From: Octopus vulgaris
Lineage: Eukaryota
Reading direction: 5' to 3'
DNA: 64,000 bases
Assembly (NCBI GenBank): GCA_951406725.2
Contig: OX597814.1
Span: 210,800,001 to 210,864,000, forward strand
How positions within the stretch are numbered: position 1 is the stretch's first letter; every line of letters begins with the position of its first letter. Below are positions 58,281-64,000 of the stretch, in pieces. The translations under genes and the position numbers were made by a program. The notes beneath the pieces were generated by a model that saw nothing but the letters and a program-made list of their open reading frames with translations, did not search any database and was not told the origin of the DNA.

Positions 58281-59564
58281 CTATCCGTTTTCTTTAGGGG
58301 ACCAAAAACGTAACAGAAATTTAGTCACATGTGGGCATGATCCGAAAAGCTCTGTCCTTGTATTTAGACATGTGGTAGGGTCTAAGCTGCTTTTCCAGAT
58401 AAGCCATCTCTCCATGTCGCATAAACCGCACCTTCCGCTGCCGTTAGTATAGGGCTTACATCTGGCCAAAATCTTCCATTGTATGTTATAATCGACACCT
58501 TTATCTCTTAAAGACCAAATATGATTGGATAATTGTGTCGCTTTTCTTTTGTTCCAGTGCCTAAAGCTCAAAGTGTGGTTATTGAACCTGGCCTTGAAAT
58601 TACCCTCTGTCAGGCCCACGTATTTCTTCGTCGAAACGGTGTCTTTAGTGGTTATAGAGTTTACGGTAGCTTCATATATGATGGTCTTGGACATGCAAGC
58701 TCCATTTAGCGATCACAATTCTTTATTCCTGCATGAACAGCTGTTTTCTTCTTGTGTTTTTTGTATGTTATGATTGATTATGTTTTTAAAATTGGTAGTT
58801 GAACTAAAACTAATTTTTAAATTGTGTCTATTGAAGAGTTTCCTATAAGCATGGTTAACTGGAAAATGTCTATCTATCAGTGCTAGGAAATATTTACCTA
58901 TATTGAAGGCCACCTCGGGTGAGTAAGGGGGCGTAAACCAGATGACCTTCCTATTTCTATTATTCCTTTTCCTTATTGTTGGGCTGGTGATAGGTGTATA
59001 TTTTATTTTTTCGCTAAAACCACTATCTTTTAAAGCTTTATTATAAACTGGGGCAACGCTATTGAAGATGTCCTCATTAGATGAGAGGCTAGAAATCCTC
59101 TTACTAATATTTTTAACTAAATTTTTGAATACTATAGGGGGATGGCATGAACCTACATTAATATAACTTAGTCTATCATTGGGCTTCCTATAAGGCTTAT
59201 AAATATTATTATTAAGATCTAAGGAAACGTCTAAGAAATTGACAACCGTCAGGTTAGTGTCTATAGTTATACTAAGTCCGAAGTGTTTCATTAACTGGAT
59301 AATATCCTTCCTAAAACGATCTTGTGCTGGTCCATTTGTATTAGCTGTTAAGGCGAGGGCATCATCTTTGTAGATGGCGAAATGTACGTTAGGGAATGTC
59401 TTACTGAAGGTATCTAGGAGAAAGAGTCCAATTAGATCACAGATGCCTGCCCCATCATATGAACCCATGCTCACATCGAAAGCGCCCTCCGTGTCGGTGT
59501 TTTTTACCCACTTTGCATTCTCACTGAAAAGTAATGTCTTTCTAGCATGGAAGATTATATCCTT
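58281..59564 (-). pseudogene. PLE polyprotein fragment: RT (C-terminal half), Zn finger, GIY-YIG endonuclease
   Basis: One frame: HARKTLLF, FDVSMGSYDGA, IYKDD, VNFLDV, YRKPN, CSCRNKEL*SLNGAC, IIYEAT...KYVGLTEGNFKARFNNH and RCGLC. A single in-frame TGA lies at 58713-58715. The 5' part is missing. Confidence 0.92.
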
Positions 59565-59566
59565 AG

Positions 59567-60030
59567 AATAAAGAATTGTGCCCGCTAAATGGAGCTTGCA
59601 TGTCCAAGACCATCATATATGAAGCTACCGTAAACTCTATAACCACTAAAGACACCGTTTCGACGAAGAAATACGTGGGCCTGACAGAGGGTAATTTCAA
59701 GGCCAGGTTCAATAACCACACTTTGAGCTTTAGGCACTGGAACAAAAAAAAAAAAAAAAAAAAAAAAAAGCGACACAATTATCCAATCATATTTGGTCTT
59801 TAAGAGATAAAGGTGTCGATTATAACATACAATGGAAGATTTTGGCCAGATGTAAGCCCTATACTAACGGCAGCGGAAGGTGCGGTTTATGCGACATGGA
59901 GAGATGGCTTATCTGGAAAAGCAGCTTAGACCCTACCACATGTCTAAATACAAGGACAGAGCTTTTCGGATCATGCCCACATGTGACTAAATTTCTGTTA
60001 CGTTTTTGGTCCCCTAAAGAAAACGGATAG
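59567..60030 (+). pseudogene. Inverted second copy of the GIY-YIG endonuclease region
   Basis: Same peptide with intact CPLNGAC, but an A26 tract at 59744-59769 replaces AAAAGAAAA and shifts the frame. Confidence 0.9.
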
Positions 60031-60220
60031 AACATGCTTTCTGTGTTATGTCCCAAGAAGATTTTATATATTTTTATATATTTTTATATATTTTTATGTA
60101 TTTTTATATAATTTTTATGACGAAAAATGCGAGCGATGTATAAGTACGCAGGCAAAGCAGAGTTATAACAGAGTAATTTCCCTTCATTTTTAACGGTATT
60201 TTTTCATAACGTTTTCAAAT

Positions 60221-60292
60221 AGCCAGATAACCGAAGAGATGGTGTTGTGGATTTCCACTTCGGCATCTGAAACTCAGAGTTTTATCTTGACT
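60221..60292 (+). ncRNA. Putative variant hammerhead ribozyme (right pLTR)
   Basis: Stem I 60225-60230/60282-60287, core 60231-60237, stem II 60238-60267, GAAA 60269-60272, stem III 60273-60279. One substitution relative to the left copy. Confidence 0.68.
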
Positions 60293-60316
60293 ACCGAGTA
60301 ATGTAACATATTGTAT

Positions 60317-60362
<46 letters not shown>

Positions 60363-60364
60363 GT

Positions 60365-60677
60365 GGAGGCGAAATGGCCTAGTGGTCAGGGCAGCGGACT
60401 CGCGATCGGAGGATCGCGGTTTCGATTCTCAGACTGGGCGTTGTGTGTGTTTATTGAGCGAAAACACCTAAGAGCTCCACGAGGCTCCGGCAGGGGATGG
60501 TGGCTATCCCTGCCGAACTCTTTCGCCGTAACTTTCTCTCAGCCTTTCTTCTGTTGGCCTTCTCGCTTAGCCAGCGGGGTGGTGTCATCTGAAGGCTAAA
60601 ACAATGCGAAGCGCATTGTGACCAGCGATGTGTAGCAACATCTGTTAGCCTGGTCGATCACGGTGATCACGGTGATA
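60365..60677 (+). mobile_element. tRNA-derived SINE (third family) with (CACGGTGAT)2 tail
   Basis: A box TGGCCTAGTGG, B box GGTTTCGATTC, non-tRNA body and tandem 3' repeat. Confidence 0.85.
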
Positions 60678-60789
60678 TATATAGGTACTCACACACGCAT
60701 ACATACACACACGCACACACATATATATATATATGTATATATGCATATCATCGTCAATATAATCAGCATCATCGTCGTCATCATCATCA

Positions 60790-61985
60790 AAATGGTTCTG
60801 TGGCATTTTTTGCATACCATACTATGTTGATTTTCTCTGCTCTAATACTATGTTGATATCTAGCCAGTCCTATTCACCATCTTTTTCTTGGTACATACAA
60901 TCTGCCTCTGTCAGTTTTTGGGTGTAGTATCTCATATCTAGTCAGCATCTTCCTTGTCTTTCGATCTAAGCTGTTTAGTTCGTCTACTGTCCATGCGATT
61001 AGCCCTGCTACTTATCTAAGGTGTGAAACCGCCCAGGTGTTATTAGCTCCAATATTATTCCGTCCGTTTAATTTCGATTTAAGGAACGGTCTCAGTCTTC
61101 AAAAGTACTCCACCTTAAATTTTTCCGTCATTTCTTTCTCCATGGAATTATCAATTTTCAACATCACCAAGTACTTAGAGCCTGTCCCTTCTATCTGCTT
61201 CATAACCTCCCCCGACAGTATCACTAGCCCGTCAATTCTTTTAATTCTGTCTCTCTTCAAGACTAACACAAAACATTCTTTCACTCCGAACTCCATTCTC
61301 ATATCAGTTATGAAAGTATATACCGTATCAAGGAGGGAAACTGAGTTGGGATTCATCTTCACCATAAAGTTTGAGGTCATCCATGAGTAACAAGTGGTTG
61401 ACATTTTTGGTGACTTTTGAATACAACATTTTCTATCCCCACAAGTATTGTTAGTGGTATCGTGCACAGTTCGAAGATCTGTGGGGACAGGCAGTCCCCT
61501 TGGACGATACTTCTTCTGATTTCTATTGTCCCTTAACTTCTTCCATATGCTCTCAGTTCCGTCCTCCAATTTGCCATACTTTTCCAAGCAACGCTCAAGA
61601 AAATGTACGAACAAAATAGGTTCATGCATTCAAGAATACAAGAATGTGAGATCATATTGTACGCATTATGGGAATCGATCCATGACATGTCTAAGTTAGA
61701 TTTCCTCCTCTTGCAATCTCTAAGTACGGGTTTACCTACGTGGAGTTGATCCTTGGTACCTCCGCACGTACATTTGCAGCCCTTCTGCTCATTTGGCAGG
61801 ACTCCATTTTTATCCAGATGTCTGTTCATTGACTCTGCGACTACTCCAGTCAATAATATCCACATAAATGGCAAGCAGGATATTGACATGTAATCGTCTA
61901 CCCTATTGCTATTTTCGTTGGTTTTCATGCGCAGCACTGTCCTACCCATTGTCAATCACTTTGATGTCACTTGGTCGGCCTTTAT
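60790..61985 (-). mobile_element. R4/Dong-like LINE RT fossil
   Basis: LTMGRTVL, ISCLPFMWILLTG, LPNEQKGC, GTKDQL, NLDMSWID..AYNMISHSCI, VNHLLLMDDLKLY, MEFGVKEC and LDRKTRKMLT, with many disablements. Confidence 0.87.
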
Positions 61986-62007
61986 ACTGCTGCTGGTAAT
62001 GCTGCTG

Positions 62008-62065
<58 letters not shown>

Positions 62066-62075
62066 AACAACCACA

Positions 62076-62146
<71 letters not shown>

Positions 62147-62164
62147 CATTATTATTGTTATTAT

Positions 62165-62620
62165 TATGAAAGACTCTCGGTTAGTTCTTAATTACTGGTT
62201 GTTCTTTACTTGAAAGCAGACAATAAGAAGTCACTAAACGTAGTGCCTTCTCTTGTGACTCGAAAAGACTATACTCTTCTTAGAATACGAGCTGTACCTA
62301 AAAATGCTGTCTTCTCGATCAGTTCGTGCCTGACAGCAGCTCCAATATTCTTAACATGTTTTTCAAAGCTATACTATTACACACACACATATATTATAGA
62401 TATATGAATTATTTACATATATGCACGCTTGTGTCCAAGATTTTAGTGGAAACGATGCCATTCCGCAAAGGGAACTGAGTGAGCTATCGAACGTAGAATG
62501 CTATTTTGCATCCGTGTGAAGCAGATAGAAAATAAACATTAGAATTGTCTAAGTTAAGAAGAATACAACAAATGTTCCCCATATCTAGTCAGCAACTTCC
62601 TTGTCTTTCTGTCTAAGCTA
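62165..62620 (-). mobile_element. Second R4/Dong-like fragment: 3' end with (TAA)n tail plus a 40-bp RT scrap
   Basis: The minus strand at 62270-62365 gives LIEKTAFLGTARILRRV. A TAA tail lies at 62148-62167. 62580-62619 matches 60933-60972 at 37 of 40. Confidence 0.72.
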
Positions 62621-63349
62621 TTCCTCTCAGTCTAATTGGTAAACATTTTACAAAGCAAGTTTACTTAGTAAGTGCTTTTTTTTCGACGCTTCATATGTTT
62701 AGTAATATTAATGTCCGTCGATACGTTTCATTAGACACAACCTCCATGTTATCTTTTTATACAAAAGAACCAGTTACTAGAGAAATATCTTCATCCATCA
62801 ATTTCAACAAAACCATTTACATATGAAAGCATTTTTCGTAATTCCATATATGATTACAATTATCACTGCGAAAAAATACAACAAAAACGAAATTATGTTT
62901 TCAGAATATTGTGTTGAACTGTAATCATGAGATCGTGTAATTTCTCGAAGATACAGTGGCGTGCGTTTTATATTAACTTAATACTAGCTATAATAGATTC
63001 ATGTCGTACAGTAATGCAAAGAATATTTATTTTGCATAGTCATCTCGTGCAGTTGATAAAGAAGACTTTTATGTAAATATGTCAATTTACAAACACACAC
63101 ACACACATACACACACACACAAGGACACATACACACACATGATTATATGTCGGTAGCCATCGCTTCTGATTTGGGTTGGCAGCGAGTTGTCACGCCTGTC
63201 TATGACATTTAGATGTCTTAACATCCAGCTTGTTTTGGGAGTCGGTCGCAAGCGAGAGCGGTGAACAAACAAGGCACATACAATGAGGATGTGAGATCGA
63301 CAACATCAGTATATATATATATATATATATATACGTGCGTGTGTGTGTC

Positions 63350-63380
<31 letters not shown>

Positions 63381-64000
63381 TTTCAGAATGAGAAAAAAAA
63401 AACCAAGGCTGTGCAAATTTTAGAACATTTATAAATATGTCTTACAGCTGTTTCCAGGATATTTATTATATACCTTCATGGGAGATGGTGTGAGAGAATG
63501 GTAACGCAATAGTAAATTTAGATAACATATGAAATAGAGTGTGAAGTAGAGGAATGAAAATAGATGTGAGATATGCATGTATATTGCATTTGTAGATCCA
63601 TTATTTAGGCAGAATGGTATACATAGAAGATTCCAATACCTTCTGATTAAAATCCAATAGTATTTGAAATTGTTCATTCTAAGTATAGTGTTTGTACAGT
63701 GCAATTTAATGAAGGGTTTTATTTAAAATGACCGGAAAGTAAGAAATGCATTTGTAAGGCCAAATCGAAAATAGGACGAGAGGAATAAAAAAAAGAGTAG
63801 AAAGAAGAAAACAACCGGAGGAGAGGAATGAAGAAGGAGAAAAAAGGAAAAAACGAAAAAACAAGCAGGGAAATATTGAGAGAAAATGTACCAGTCAGTG
63901 GTCAGTCAAGATAATTTCAAAGTAGGAATGGGGAGATAAGGATGATGGGGAGAGAAATGTATTATAGTGTAAAAAGATAGGAGGATCGGGGGATGATAGA

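Larger units (their letters stand above)
57935..60321 (-). mobile_element. Penelope-like retroelement (Neptune type), 5'-truncated, with inverted pseudo-LTR, inserted in (TA)n
   Basis: RT and GIY-YIG on the minus strand. 58000-58728 is repeated in inverted orientation at 59566-60321. A 3' tail at 57935-57999 is present on the left copy only. (TA)n lies on both flanks. Confidence 0.93.

Noticed and set aside
60365-60445. tRNA gene
   Set aside because: Has A and B boxes but poor cloverleaf pairing and continues into a SINE body and tail.
63030-63055. TTGCATAGTCA resembling miR-153
   Set aside because: Only the first 11 nt match and there is no precursor hairpin.

Overview
AT-rich, microsatellite-dense eukaryotic DNA with no supportable host gene, probably intronic or intergenic. 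The SINE families and (TA)n/(TAA)n/(GATA)n density suggest an octopus (coleoid cephalopod); this is an inference. Nearly all long ORFs are microsatellite artefacts, and the real coding signal comes from transposon fossils: CR1-, RTE-, R4/Dong- and Tx1-like LINEs, mariner/Tc1 derivatives, two non-autonomous Helitron-like copies and many tRNA-derived SINEs. The standout is a young Neptune-type Penelope-like retroelement (57935-60321; RT, Zn finger, GIY-YIG) inserted in (TA)n. It has an inverted pseudo-LTR, and each arm carries a variant minimal hammerhead ribozyme (CCGAAGA core, long stem II, near-palindromic stem III). The same head-to-head, TA-flanked layout recurs in miniature three more times. 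Two further short non-coding families carry degenerate hammerhead-like motifs. Together these suggest TA-targeted, ribozyme-bearing mini-retroelements that leave long hairpins. All alignments and folds were done by eye; fossil boundaries are approximate.
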